Source: Microcystis aeruginosa NIES-2549 (GTDB lineage: Bacteria; Cyanobacteriota; Cyanobacteriia; Cyanobacteriales; Microcystaceae). From it: 32,000 bases of DNA. The stretch is taken from assembly GCF_000981785.2 (NCBI RefSeq), contig NZ_CP011304.1, positions 3,090,001-3,122,000 of the forward strand, read 5' to 3'. The notes under the pieces are model-generated. The model saw nothing but the letters and a program-made list of their open reading frames with translations. It had not been told where the DNA came from and searched no databases. The position numbers and the translations under genes are program-made. The stretch's first letter is position 1; each line of letters begins with the position of its first letter. Of this stretch, positions 15,854 through 25,123 are shown one piece after another.

Positions 15854-17395
15854 TTAACCTTTCGGTGTCGCCCCAAATTGTTCGATGAGGATAGAAGTTA
15901 ACACGGATTTTAGATCCTCACAGGGAATCCCTTTTTGTACACAGCTGCCCAGGTGGGCATCTTTACCCACTTTACCCCCCATGTAGAGGTCAACTCCTTC
16001 CACGGTTTTGCCGTCTTTGCGTGCTTTTGTCCCCATCAAACCGATATCGGCCACTTGGGGTTGTCCGCAGGAGTTAGGGCAACCGGTCCAATGAATCCGC
16101 ACACCCCGGGGGATATTTAATTCGGCATCTAACTGACTAATCAAGTCCACAGCCTTATTTTTGGTTTCAATCAGGGCAAAATTGCAGAATTGCGCCCCCG
16201 TACAGGAAACGAGCGCTCGTTGTAAAGGAGTGGGATTGGGGGTAAACTTAGCCAGTAAAGGCTCGGTTAAAAGAGTTGGCATATTTTCAGCCGCTATATT
16301 GGGAATAATCACGTTTTGTTCCACGGTTAAACGCAATTCTCCGCTGCCATACACTTCGGCAATCCGGGCCAAATCGAACATATCATCGGCAAATAGACGA
16401 CCAACGGGAACACAAAGACCGATATAGCTCAATCCCTCCTGTTTTTGGGGAAAAACTCCTAAATGATCCCGTTTTTCCCAGTCGATTGCGTCTTTTTCCG
16501 CTGCCGTTGCCAAGGGATAACCTAACTGATTGGCCACCCGGGTGCGGAATTCCTCAATTCCCCACTCATCAATTAACCACATTAAACGGGATTTTTGACG
16601 ATTGGCCCGCAATCCGTTATCGCGGTAAACCTCCAAAATTCCTCGGCATAAATCCACCACCTCCTGATTCGGTCTCACCCAAACATTCATGGGAATTGCC
16701 GCTTCACAGCGTTTAGCCGAGAAAAAGCCACCTACCACAACATTAAAGCCTAATTCTCCCTCTTTATAAGCAGGAACAAAGGCAATATCGTTAATTTCCG
16801 CATGAACCGAGTTATCCCGGCCCCCCTCGATGGCAATATTAAATTTGCGGGGCAGATTGGTAAATTGATAATTACCTTGACCGTAGTTGGTAATCATATC
16901 TTGGACTTTTTGGACTAATTCCCTGGTGTCAATTAATTCATCCGCGTCTAGTCCCGCCATGGGTGAACCGGTAATATTTCTGACATTATCCATGCCCGAT
17001 TGTACCGAAGTCATACCCACGGATTTTAGTCGTTGGAAAATATCAGGAATATCTTCGATACGAATACCGCGTAATTGTAGGTTTTGACGAGTAGTAATAT
17101 CGGCATTGCCATCATCACCGTAACGCTGCACGATTTCCCCTAAAACGCGCATTTGCTCACTGCTAATAATGCCGTTAGGAACCCGTAAACGCATCATGAA
17201 TTTACCCGGGGTGACGGGACGATAAAAAACCCCCACCCATTTTAAGCGATGTTCTAAATCGGTTTTATCCATCGCTTCCCAACCGATTTGGGCAAAATGC
17301 TCCAGTTCATCTTTAATGGCTAATCCGTCTTTTTCGGCTTTAAATTTCTCGAATTTATTGAGAGTTGTTCCATCTTTTTCAGGTGCTTGTACCAC
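15854..17395 (-). CDS. nirA: ferredoxin-nitrite reductase
   Basis: 513 aa with N-terminal LNKFEKFKAEKDGL and siroheme/4Fe-4S cysteine clusters CTGAQFCNFA and TGCPNSCGQ. The size fits NirA rather than the longer sulfite reductase. The only in-frame start is GTG. Confidence 0.85.
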   Translation of the reverse strand: MVQAPEKDGTTLNKFEKFKAEKDGLAIKDELEHFAQIGWEAMDKTDLEHRLKWVGVFYRPVTPGKFMMRLRVPNGIISSEQMRVLGEIVQRYGDDGNADITTRQNLQLRGIRIEDIPDIFQRLKSVGMTSVQSGMDNVRNITGSPMAGLDADELIDTRELVQKVQDMITNYGQGNYQFTNLPRKFNIAIEGGRDNSVHAEINDIAFVPAYKEGELGFNVVVGGFFSAKRCEAAIPMNVWVRPNQEVVDLCRGILEVYRDNGLRANRQKSRLMWLIDEWGIEEFRTRVANQLGYPLATAAEKDAIDWEKRDHLGVFPQKQEGLSYIGLCVPVGRLFADDMFDLARIAEVYGSGELRLTVEQNVIIPNIAAENMPTLLTEPLLAKFTPNPTPLQRALVSCTGAQFCNFALIETKNKAVDLISQLDAELNIPRGVRIHWTGCPNSCGQPQVADIGLMGTKARKDGKTVEGVDLYMGGKVGKDAHLGSCVQKGIPCEDLKSVLTSILIEQFGATPKG

Positions 17396-17570
17396 GAATC
17401 TATCTCCTTACTGGTCTGTGGGTGTAATTGTTCTAGTTGGTGCGGGTTAGAAATGAAGAAATCGGGATTTAACAATAAGTATTCTGTAAAATACTGTCGT
17501 CATTAGCAAAAATTTAGTAATTTACCTAGTCTCTATTTGTTATTTAATTCTTTTTAACTTGGGTGATTTT

Positions 17571-17584
17571 GTATTGTTTGTAAC
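17571..17584 (-). promoter_or_regulatory. weak candidate NtcA site (GTA-N8-AAC) upstream of nirA
   Basis: GTAttgtttgtAAC satisfies GT-N10-AC but not the full GTA-N8-TAC. Only a mediocre -10 (TTAAAT) lies about 23 nt downstream on the minus strand. Confidence 0.2.
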
Positions 17585-17620
17585 AGAAATCCTTTAACCA
17601 TCGTGTTTAAGGATTTCTGT
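17583..17620. other. strong hairpin between trpD and nirA
   Basis: ACAGAAATCCTT-14 nt-AAGGATTTCTGT, a 12-bp perfect stem. No U-tract follows. It could end or stabilise the trpD transcript. Confidence 0.5.
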
Positions 17621-17674
17621 CATGCAGTAAGTGCATTGAGATGGGGTGTGGGGGGAAGGGAGCAGGGAATTGTC

Positions 17675-18709
17675 CTAGGCGAGAAACTTAACCAACTCCT
17701 CTAATTTTTGCCAAGCTAACCCACTGGCTAAAATGTCGCGAGCGAGGGCGAAACCGGCAGCATGGTCGCCAAAAGTGACCTTTTCTGCCACCTGTAGGGC
17801 AAGAGAGGCATTAATCGCCACAGCATCCCGTTGAGCGGGCGTTCCCCCCCCTTGCAGGACATTTTTGAGGATTTCGGCATTTTCTGGCACTTCCCCGCCT
17901 TTAAGGGCATTTAAACTGGCTCTGGGGATAGCAATTGACAGGGGATCGATCGCCGCAGAAATCACCTCGCCATTATTTAATAAAGCCATATCGGTCAGAT
18001 CTCCTAACCCCACCTCGTCGAGTTTTTCCCGGCCGTGAACAATAATCGCCTTGGGGGTTCCCATTTGTGCCAAAGCTGTGGCCATGGGGGTGAGAAATTG
18101 CCGGTCATAAACCCCGATAACTTGACCTGTGGGACGCAGAGGATTAACTAGAGGGCCCAGAAGATTAAAAACCGTGCGAACTTTCAGGGTTTTGCGGAGA
18201 TTAGCCACACTTTTCAGGGCTGGATGCCAACCGGGGGCAAAAAGAAAGGTCACTCCCACCCCATCTAAAGCCGCCGCCACCTTCTCGCCAGGGGCGCTTA
18301 AATTAACCCCAAGATATTCTAGAACATCGGCCGAACCGACTTTACTGGAGGCAGAGCGATTGCCGTGTTTAGCCACTTTTGCGCCCCCAGCGGCCGCCAC
18401 AAAAGCCACGGCAGTGGAAATATTAAAGGTTGAGGCCCCGTCACCGCCGGTGCCACAGGTATCGATAACGGGAGTAGTATGGGGTTTAGGGTCTTCTAAG
18501 CGAGATTGTTGCCGTAAAACTGTGGCCATTCCCGCTAATTCGGCGGCCGAGACTCCTTTTGCTTGCAAAGCCGCTAAAATCGCCCCCGATAAAACTTCCG
18601 GAATCTGGCCGTTTAACCATCCGGTCATTAATTCTTCAGCTTGGTTAAGGGAAAGGGATTTTTGATCGAGTAGTTGCTGCAGTAGGTTTGGCCAGTCTGG
18701 AGTGGTCAT
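17675..18709 (-). CDS. trpD: anthranilate phosphoribosyltransferase
   Basis: 344 aa with DTCGTGGDG and KHGNRS motifs, colinear with TrpD. Confidence 0.95.
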   Translation of the reverse strand: MTTPDWPNLLQQLLDQKSLSLNQAEELMTGWLNGQIPEVLSGAILAALQAKGVSAAELAGMATVLRQQSRLEDPKPHTTPVIDTCGTGGDGASTFNISTAVAFVAAAGGAKVAKHGNRSASSKVGSADVLEYLGVNLSAPGEKVAAALDGVGVTFLFAPGWHPALKSVANLRKTLKVRTVFNLLGPLVNPLRPTGQVIGVYDRQFLTPMATALAQMGTPKAIIVHGREKLDEVGLGDLTDMALLNNGEVISAAIDPLSIAIPRASLNALKGGEVPENAEILKNVLQGGGTPAQRDAVAINASLALQVAEKVTFGDHAAGFALARDILASGLAWQKLEELVKFLA

Positions 18710-18788
18710 CGCTGTTCCATTGGTGTCGGGATGGGGCGATATACTATCATAGCGGTTTGTCTGGAGAATCGATCGCTCCTAGGAATTT

Positions 18789-19316
18789 TTACTTTAAATC
18801 GAGCAAACCTTGTTCTTTTAACTTGGGATTAAAACGAATTTCCATCTGTACTCCCCGTTTTTCTAGGGTTGATAAAATATCGTTTTCTACTCGTCTGGAT
18901 ACCTGTTTTAATAACTTGATTTTCCCTACTTCGTCAGCACTTTGAAAAATTTCTTTTTCTGTCTCAGTCATGGATAATTTAGCATCAATTGGTTCTGTCC
19001 AGAGTTTTTCATTGCCGATTACTGCCTGAGTTTCTCTTAGCCAAGCTTGTTTAATCGATTCGAGAATAGTCCGATTAGGACGCTCAATCAACTGTATTTT
19101 TAGCCAATAACAAGCTTGGGGCTGTCGGGCAAGATGTTGTTTTAAACTGAGATAAATATCACGAGAATAGCCGACAAACTCTAGGACTTGATCTCGATCA
19201 AAAATGGCATAAACCCCGATTTTTCCCTGGAAATCAGCACAGATATTACCCGTGGTATCTAGGTAGGGAATATATTCTAATTGTTCGAGATTAGCAAAAG
19301 TATCAGGCTCATTCAT
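18789..19316 (-). CDS. GIY-YIG-like domain protein (conserved cyanobacterial type)
   Basis: 175 aa. GVYAIFDRDQVLEFVGYSRDIYLSLKQH resembles the GIY...YIG N-terminal motif pair. Confidence 0.5.
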   Translation of the reverse strand: MNEPDTFANLEQLEYIPYLDTTGNICADFQGKIGVYAIFDRDQVLEFVGYSRDIYLSLKQHLARQPQACYWLKIQLIERPNRTILESIKQAWLRETQAVIGNEKLWTEPIDAKLSMTETEKEIFQSADEVGKIKLLKQVSRRVENDILSTLEKRGVQMEIRFNPKLKEQGLLDLK

Positions 19317-19387
19317 AATTAATCGTCGCTAATTGGTTGGAGATAAGTAGGTAGGTGTTAAAAACTTTCAGATACCCCGCTGATCAA

Positions 19388-19495
19388 GTAGGGTTGATTC
19401 AAGGTAGGGTTGATTCAAGGTAGGGTTGATTCAAGGTAGGGTTGATTCAAGGTAGGGTTGATTCAAGGTAGGGTTGATTCATGAATCAACCCTAC
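19388..19495. repeat. 16-bp tandem repeat (GTAGGGTTGATTCAAG) x6 ending in its own inverted copy
   Basis: Units start at 19388, 19404, 19420, 19436, 19452 and 19468. The last unit plus TGAATCAACCCTAC (19482-19495) form a 28-bp perfect palindrome. Confidence 0.95.
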
Positions 19496-19557
19496 CCGTT
19501 TAAAATTGTACCAAAAAGTCTTAGGCTAAATTAGTCCCCAAAAATGATCAATTCTCA

Positions 19558-20145
19558 ATGCCTACTGCTTCTCTTAACGAAATTGTTCACGCGGCCCTAA
19601 GTGGTCAAGTGGTTTCTTTTCCCACGGATACAGTTCCCGCTTTAGCGGTTTCTCCCCCCTATGCGGCCTTAGTTTTTGCCGCTAAAAAACGGACTTTTGA
19701 TAAACCCTTAATTCTCATGGCGGCCTCAGCAGCAGATTTATGGGATTATGTCAAGGGAAATCAGGAAGAAAGGGAAATTTGGCAGCAAATGACCGAAAAA
19801 TACTGGCCCGGCCCCCTAACTTTGGTTTTACCCGCTTCTGAAAAAGTACCAAAAGTTCTTAACCCTAAAGATCCTAGCACGATTGGTATCCGAGTTCCCG
19901 CTCATGCGATCGCAAGAGAAATTCTCGGTCGAACTGGTGTTTTAGCGACCACAAGTGCTAATCTGTCAGGACAAGAGCCTTTATTAACTCCAGAAGCGAT
20001 TATGACTACTTTTCCCTCGGTGACGGTGTTAGCGCCCACAGAAAGGCAAGCATGGGGAATAATCAATAGTGGACAACCCTCCACCGTCGCGCGTTGGCAA
20101 TGTCAAAGATGGGATATCTTACGACAAGGGGCAGTTTTTCTGTAA
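19558..20145 (+). CDS. tsaC: YrdC/TsaC-family L-threonylcarbamoyladenylate synthase
   Basis: 195 aa with FPTDTVPALA, KPLILM, WPGPLTLVL, IGIRVPAH and TTSANLSGQ. Confidence 0.85.
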   Translation: MPTASLNEIVHAALSGQVVSFPTDTVPALAVSPPYAALVFAAKKRTFDKPLILMAASAADLWDYVKGNQEEREIWQQMTEKYWPGPLTLVLPASEKVPKVLNPKDPSTIGIRVPAHAIAREILGRTGVLATTSANLSGQEPLLTPEAIMTTFPSVTVLAPTERQAWGIINSGQPSTVARWQCQRWDILRQGAVFL

Positions 20146-20147
20146 AT

Positions 20148-20957
20148 ATGGACGATATTGACGCTTTAAAACGGGAATTACAGCAAACTCGCCTCGCTTA
20201 TCAGATGGCCGTGGCAATTAACCACCTCAAAAGCAGTTTTTTGGGACAGGTTGCCCACGAATTGCGATCGCCATTGAGCAGTATGATCAGTCTCCATCAA
20301 CTGATTCTGGCCGATCTTTGTGAAAGTCCGGCCGAAGAAAGGGAATTTATCGCCCAGGGACAACTGGCGGGCCGTAAACTGATGGCAATGCTCGATGAGA
20401 TGATTAATCTTTCCAAACTAGAGTCGGGTACTATACCTCTCGATCGAGAAATTTTTTCTTTAACTAAACTTTGGGAAGATTGGGCAAGTTTAACCTATTT
20501 ACAGGCAGCTAATCGCCATATTAAGCTTAAATTTAGCCCTTTAACCGATGATATTGCTATTATTGGTGATTATCAGCGTTTATTTTCTGCTCTTGTCCTT
20601 CTCGTCGATGCAGCGATCGCTAACTTAACGAGCGGCTCTATTTGCATATCGGTAAGCGCCCTTGGCGAGAAAAAAGTCACTATTACCCTAGAATTTCCCG
20701 GGAAAATGGCTCTCTGGCAAATGCCAGAAATTTCTCCTTTGAGTTTAGAATCAAAGCCGGAAGAAGTAAAACAATTTACTCAGGCTCTCGGTCTTTCTCC
20801 CGGTCTTAAATTCCAGTTAGCGAAAGGCATTATCGAAGTATCGGGGGGTGAAATGAGCTTAGATCAAATCGATAACAATAATCGGGACAAGCTCACACGG
20901 ATCGTTTTTTCTTTACCTCGATCGCAGGATAGGAAAACTCCTCGGGATAACGATTAA
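20148..20957 (+). CDS. histidine-kinase-like protein with an intact H-box but a degenerate ATP-binding domain
   Basis: I prefer the ATG at 20148, 2 nt after the tsaC stop. There is a coiled-coil N-terminus and an H-box FLGQVAHELRSPLSSM. The N-box Asn is replaced (LLVDAAIANL), there is no DxGxG, and G2 is only vestigial (GLSPGL). Confidence 0.6.
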   Translation: MDDIDALKRELQQTRLAYQMAVAINHLKSSFLGQVAHELRSPLSSMISLHQLILADLCESPAEEREFIAQGQLAGRKLMAMLDEMINLSKLESGTIPLDREIFSLTKLWEDWASLTYLQAANRHIKLKFSPLTDDIAIIGDYQRLFSALVLLVDAAIANLTSGSICISVSALGEKKVTITLEFPGKMALWQMPEISPLSLESKPEEVKQFTQALGLSPGLKFQLAKGIIEVSGGEMSLDQIDNNNRDKLTRIVFSLPRSQDRKTPRDND

Positions 20958-21363
20958 ATAATACCATCGTCGTGGTGGCGTTGCTTTGGAAACCAATGCG
21001 CCGGTAAAAATTTTCTTGATTAGTAGTCATCAAATAGACTCTTTCCACCCGATTCACCCGGGGATGGGCCAAGACCGTTTCTACTAATTTACGCCCTAAA
21101 CCCGCTCCCTGATAATCGGGATGAACGATCACATCCCAAATAGTAGCCCGATAAATGCCGTCGGAAGTGGCCCGAGCAAAACCAATTAATTGCCGCTCAT
21201 TCCACACCGTCACCACTGGATCACTATAGTCAATTGCGGTTTCTAAATCTTCTAAACGGCGATCTATTGCCCAAAATGCGGTTAAATTAAATAATTCTCG
21301 TAGTTGCAATAAATCTATCTTGCTTTTATCCTCGTCAAACTGAATCTGACTACAATCAATCAT
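20893..21363 (-). CDS. GNAT-family N-acetyltransferase
   Basis: 156 aa with the acetyl-CoA motif VHPDYQGAGLGRKLVE. Confidence 0.85.
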   Translation of the reverse strand: MIDCSQIQFDEDKSKIDLLQLRELFNLTAFWAIDRRLEDLETAIDYSDPVVTVWNERQLIGFARATSDGIYRATIWDVIVHPDYQGAGLGRKLVETVLAHPRVNRVERVYLMTTNQENFYRRIGFQSNATTTMVLFNRYPEEFSYPAIEVKKKRSV

Positions 21364-21539
21364 TGATATTTCCTTAGTCTAAGACTGAAAAATAGGGGAA
21401 GATATAGGGACGAGAAAAAGGATTCACGCTCCCTCGGGCTAATCTACGAGCAATTTACCCTTATCTATGTATTTTATTATACTAAATGCCTAAGATAATC
21501 TTTAGTTGATTTATCGTCATTTCTTGACAAGTTATTAAT

Positions 21540-21570
21540 CAGTGATCAGTGATCAGTTATCAGTGATCAG
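21540..21570. repeat. short heptamer array CAGTGAT/CAGTTAT x4.4
   Basis: Direct reading. It belongs to the same CAGTNAT family as the other arrays. Confidence 0.85.
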
Positions 21571-21839
21571 ATGAGAGTTTTCAGTTCACTGATGGTTCTT
21601 CGGTTGGTGTGATGCCATGACGGGAGTTTTAACGGATGAAACCCTTACAGAAAAAAGCATTTGGTGATTTTTGTCAATTGTTTTCGCTCCTGAACGAACT
21701 AATCAATTAAGTCTCTTACCAAATAAGGATTTAGTCGATTTATGCCCCCTGATCGAATCATACCAAGTAACGAAGAACCTCACTGATTACTGTTTACTGT
21801 TTACTAATCACTGAAAAAAGTTTCCCACACCCCACAGCC

Positions 21840-22835
21840 ATGCTTAACAATCAAAGATCTTCGCCGGTGTCTGTCATTTGTTTAGGGGAAATCCTCTATG
21901 ATCTAATTGCCGATCAAAGCGATCGCGCTATAGAGCAGGTGACTTCTTGGACAACCTATGCCGGGGGTGCGCCGGCAAACGTGGCCTGTGGATTGCGAAA
22001 ATTGGGCATAAATTCGGCTTTTATCGGTTGTGTGGGCAAAGATCAACCAGGAGAACAGTTAATCGCCTTGCTAGACGCTCTCGGAGTCGATACCACTGGT
22101 GTACAGTATCATGCCACCCTACCCACCCGAGAAGTTTATGTCACCCGCGATGCTGGGGGAGACAGACATTTTGCGGGTTTTGGCGGCAGAAAAACGACGG
22201 ATTTTGCCGACACTGCCCTTAATGCTGACCTATTACCCGAAAATATGTTTAAAAATGCCGATTATCTCGTGATGGGAACCCTAGGGTTAGCCTATCCCCT
22301 TTCCCGCCGCGCAATGCAACGCGCCCTCGAATTAGCTAAAATTTACGCGGTGAAAGTATTGGTCGATATCAACTGGCGGCCGGTTTTTTGGCCTAATCTT
22401 GAGGCCGCTCCCGATCGAATTCGAGATTTTATCGTCCGGGCCGATTTGCTCAAATGTAGCGAGGAAGAAGCAGCATGGTTATTTGGCACTGATACCCCCG
22501 TCAGAATATCATCACAATACCCCAATTTAGAGGCAATTCTGGTTACTGGCGGCGCAAAAGGTTGTAAATATCATTTAGGCGAAAATAGCGGCACTGTCGA
22601 GGCTTTTCCCGGGGAGGTAGTGGATACAACCGGGGCGGGGGATGGCTTTGTGGCTGGTTTTTTAGCTCGTGCCGCTCTTGGAGGCGATCAAATCGGGGAA
22701 AATGCCGATTTAGCGCGTAAGGCGGTGATTTATGCCTGTGCGGTGGGGGCAATGGTGACAAGGGGGGCAGGAGCGATCGCATCCCAACCGACTCGGCAGC
22801 AGTTGGAGGAGTTTCTAGCGGCCTTTGAATCCTAG
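21840..22835 (+). CDS. PfkB-family carbohydrate kinase (fructokinase-like)
   Basis: 331 aa with N-terminal GGAPANVA and C-terminal DTTGAGDGFVAGFL motifs. Confidence 0.85.
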   Translation: MLNNQRSSPVSVICLGEILYDLIADQSDRAIEQVTSWTTYAGGAPANVACGLRKLGINSAFIGCVGKDQPGEQLIALLDALGVDTTGVQYHATLPTREVYVTRDAGGDRHFAGFGGRKTTDFADTALNADLLPENMFKNADYLVMGTLGLAYPLSRRAMQRALELAKIYAVKVLVDINWRPVFWPNLEAAPDRIRDFIVRADLLKCSEEEAAWLFGTDTPVRISSQYPNLEAILVTGGAKGCKYHLGENSGTVEAFPGEVVDTTGAGDGFVAGFLARAALGGDQIGENADLARKAVIYACAVGAMVTRGAGAIASQPTRQQLEEFLAAFES

Positions 22836-22845
22836 AAATTAGCTC

Positions 22846-23916
22846 TTATTTGCCAGTTTTTTGGTCAAACCAGTCTAAAACCCGATTCCATGCCCACCAG
22901 CGATCGCTATCGCCCCACTGACGCTGACAGGATAAACTGCTGATATAACCCACATGACCGCCATGGTTGGTTAAGAGTAGATCCACATGGGGATTATCGG
23001 CGATCGCTGCTTGCAGATCGGGAATAACTGCGGGGGAAAAGAGGGGATCATCGGCCGCATAGAGGATAAAAGTGGGTTTAGTTAAATAGGGTTGAAAGGG
23101 CAAGGGACTACTAGCGGCATAATAGTCATAGACTGTCTCAAATCCTAGCTTTTTAATCACTAATTCTCGATCGAATCCTGCAATCGTGGTGGCGCGAGTA
23201 ATTGCTTCGGGATCGATATGATCGGGATGAGCCTTATGGATGCGTTTGGCTAACTTGCGTAATTCCCTGGCGATCGCTTTTTCCAAATGTTTCCCCCAGG
23301 GATCCTGGACGAGATAGGATAAAGAACGATTAGAATCTAAATTAGGGCAAATTACCGCACCACCACCGATATCGACGGGATCTATCCCTATATCTTCCTG
23401 ATTATCTGCCGATTTAATTCCCCAGAGGGCCAATTGTCCCCCCAGAGAGTAACCTGTGAACCAAAAAGGGGCAGGACAGCCCATTTTTTGAGCTTGGGCG
23501 GCAATATGAATGAAATCTAGCCCTTCATAGATGCCATCGGAGGTGAGAGTCGGGGATAATTCGGCTGTCTTCCCGTGGGCCCGCCAATCGAAGAGGACGA
23601 CTGCGTAGTTTCTTGCTACGGCTTTTCTGCCTAAAATCCTTAAAAACCATTGATTATCTAAGTCTCCCGTGATGCCGTAGGTCCCGATAATTGTTCCTTT
23701 TGCTTGCGGGGGAATGGAAACAATCGCGTAGATAGGGACGGCATTGGCCCCGGTGAAAATGGTTTCTTGATAGACTGGTTCGGGAATAGCGATCGTATTT
23801 TGCCAGGTTTCTCGCGCTTTGAGGGACACATAGAGAGTCATGGCAAAACCGTTTTTCAGCAATGGGGGCGGAGTGTAGGTGAGATTATCGGTCTTCGTCC
23901 TCGGATGGGCAATCAT
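22846..23916 (-). CDS. alpha/beta-fold hydrolase (YheT-like)
   Basis: 356 aa with nucleophile elbow GYSLGG, YAADDPLF and NHGGHVGY as likely Asp/His triad positions. Confidence 0.75.
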   Translation of the reverse strand: MIAHPRTKTDNLTYTPPPLLKNGFAMTLYVSLKARETWQNTIAIPEPVYQETIFTGANAVPIYAIVSIPPQAKGTIIGTYGITGDLDNQWFLRILGRKAVARNYAVVLFDWRAHGKTAELSPTLTSDGIYEGLDFIHIAAQAQKMGCPAPFWFTGYSLGGQLALWGIKSADNQEDIGIDPVDIGGGAVICPNLDSNRSLSYLVQDPWGKHLEKAIARELRKLAKRIHKAHPDHIDPEAITRATTIAGFDRELVIKKLGFETVYDYYAASSPLPFQPYLTKPTFILYAADDPLFSPAVIPDLQAAIADNPHVDLLLTNHGGHVGYISSLSCQRQWGDSDRWWAWNRVLDWFDQKTGK

Positions 23917-23981
23917 GGCAGCACAGGGGAATCAAAAAGTCAAGAGGGGGAAACAAAAATTAACTTATGTCCACCGCTTTC

Positions 23982-24350
23982 TTAAAAATTGTAAAGCAAA
24001 TTGTCCCAAGCGGCGAGCAACTCTGGCAGGGCAGTGGCCGACCAATTGCCCTCACAACCGCGACCTTGATAGAGAATAAATCGCAGGGAATAATGATCGG
24101 GAAATCCTGCCGCTTCTAACCATAAAAGCTCGCTTTCCGCTTCACAAGCAATACTTTCTTCATCCATTAATTCTGTGGCCATGGCTGCCATAGTTGCGGT
24201 CAATTGTGATAGTAACCGACGCAAATCTTGCCACTCAGCCTCGGTTAATTCCATCGCCCAATCATCGCCACCAATTAATCCTTTATAAACGGCTGCCGTA
24301 GGATTCCAACCCAGTCGCCAACCCGAACCATATTTGAGAATTTTTTCCAT
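23982..24350 (-). CDS. conserved cyanobacterial hypothetical protein (I believe DUF1818-like)
   Basis: 122-aa ORF with ATG start, 6 nt downstream of the preceding gene. The family assignment is from memory only. Confidence 0.5.
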   Translation of the reverse strand: MEKILKYGSGWRLGWNPTAAVYKGLIGGDDWAMELTEAEWQDLRRLLSQLTATMAAMATELMDEESIACEAESELLWLEAAGFPDHYSLRFILYQGRGCEGNWSATALPELLAAWDNLLYNF

Positions 24351-24356
24351 AATTTT

Positions 24357-24932
24357 CTAGAATTTTAATAGGTCAGCATCTCCTGGTTTTGATAAAGAGG
24401 GACGACGGGGAGAAGGACTAGGAGAAGGGCTAGGATTGGGGGTTTCTTGGGGGAGAATGGCGGGGTTATAAATTTCGACTAGAAGGGTGACTAACTGCTG
24501 CCGTTGACGACGATTAAGACTGTTAATAGCTTTGATATCGGCGGCCATGGGATTAACGGTAAGGGTGGCCTGTCCGGGATAGTTTTCTTCGCTGATTTTC
24601 TCGTTCACTCCTAGATAATCTCCTAGGGTTAATTGCCAATCAAAACGGATGAGAGTAAACCTTTTTTTGGTGTCTTGATGATAACGAAGAAAGCGACTTA
24701 TTAAAGTATTATTCGGATCAATCGCTCCTGTGTCTCGACGGATATAGTTGTTTTCTTTCGGTAAATCTGGCATTGCTTGGTAAATTTGTTGAGCAACTGT
24801 TTCGGGGCGTTGAATTTGGCTCATCCCGGTGGATTGCCACGATAACCACCAGAAAAATATCCCTATTACTAGGCAGAATACTAATAATATTATTTGCTGA
24901 ATTTTCAGATTTTGAGGAAATTTTAAGATCAT
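24357..24932 (-). CDS. membrane-anchored hypothetical protein with a Pro/Ser-rich tail
   Basis: 191 aa with one N-terminal TM helix (IILLVFCLVIGIFFWWL) and C-terminal PNPSPSPSPSPRRPS. Confidence 0.5.
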   Translation of the reverse strand: MILKFPQNLKIQQIILLVFCLVIGIFFWWLSWQSTGMSQIQRPETVAQQIYQAMPDLPKENNYIRRDTGAIDPNNTLISRFLRYHQDTKKRFTLIRFDWQLTLGDYLGVNEKISEENYPGQATLTVNPMAADIKAINSLNRRQRQQLVTLLVEIYNPAILPQETPNPSPSPSPSPRRPSLSKPGDADLLKF

Positions 24933-25123
24933 ATTGATCGAGAAAAAATTGAATTTGATTCTCTAAGACCAGTGGGAATTTTTCGGGAACATTTCCAGAG
25001 GTTGGGAATGTTATAATTATCTAACAATCCCCAGATTAATCTAACTGGAGGAGCTAGGATCAAAATTACCCCAGTCATCCCCATCATAGCAAAGACTGGA
25101 CACGATCGAGGGGCCAGTAAACT

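Noticed and set aside
17479-17494. GTAttctgtaaaaTAC as an NtcA site for nirA
   Set aside because: The spacer is 10 nt, not 8, which is incompatible with NtcA dimer geometry.
19388-19495. Possible CRISPR array
   Set aside because: The 16-bp units are directly adjacent with no spacers, and no cas genes are present. It is a tandem repeat, not a CRISPR array.
21594-21779. Possible MITE bounded by GGTTCTTCG / CGAAGAACC and heptamer-like flanks in the GNAT-kinase spacer
   Set aside because: The arms are only 9 bp and the flanking similarity is loose (CAGTNAN-type). I cannot distinguish it from chance without genome-wide copy data.
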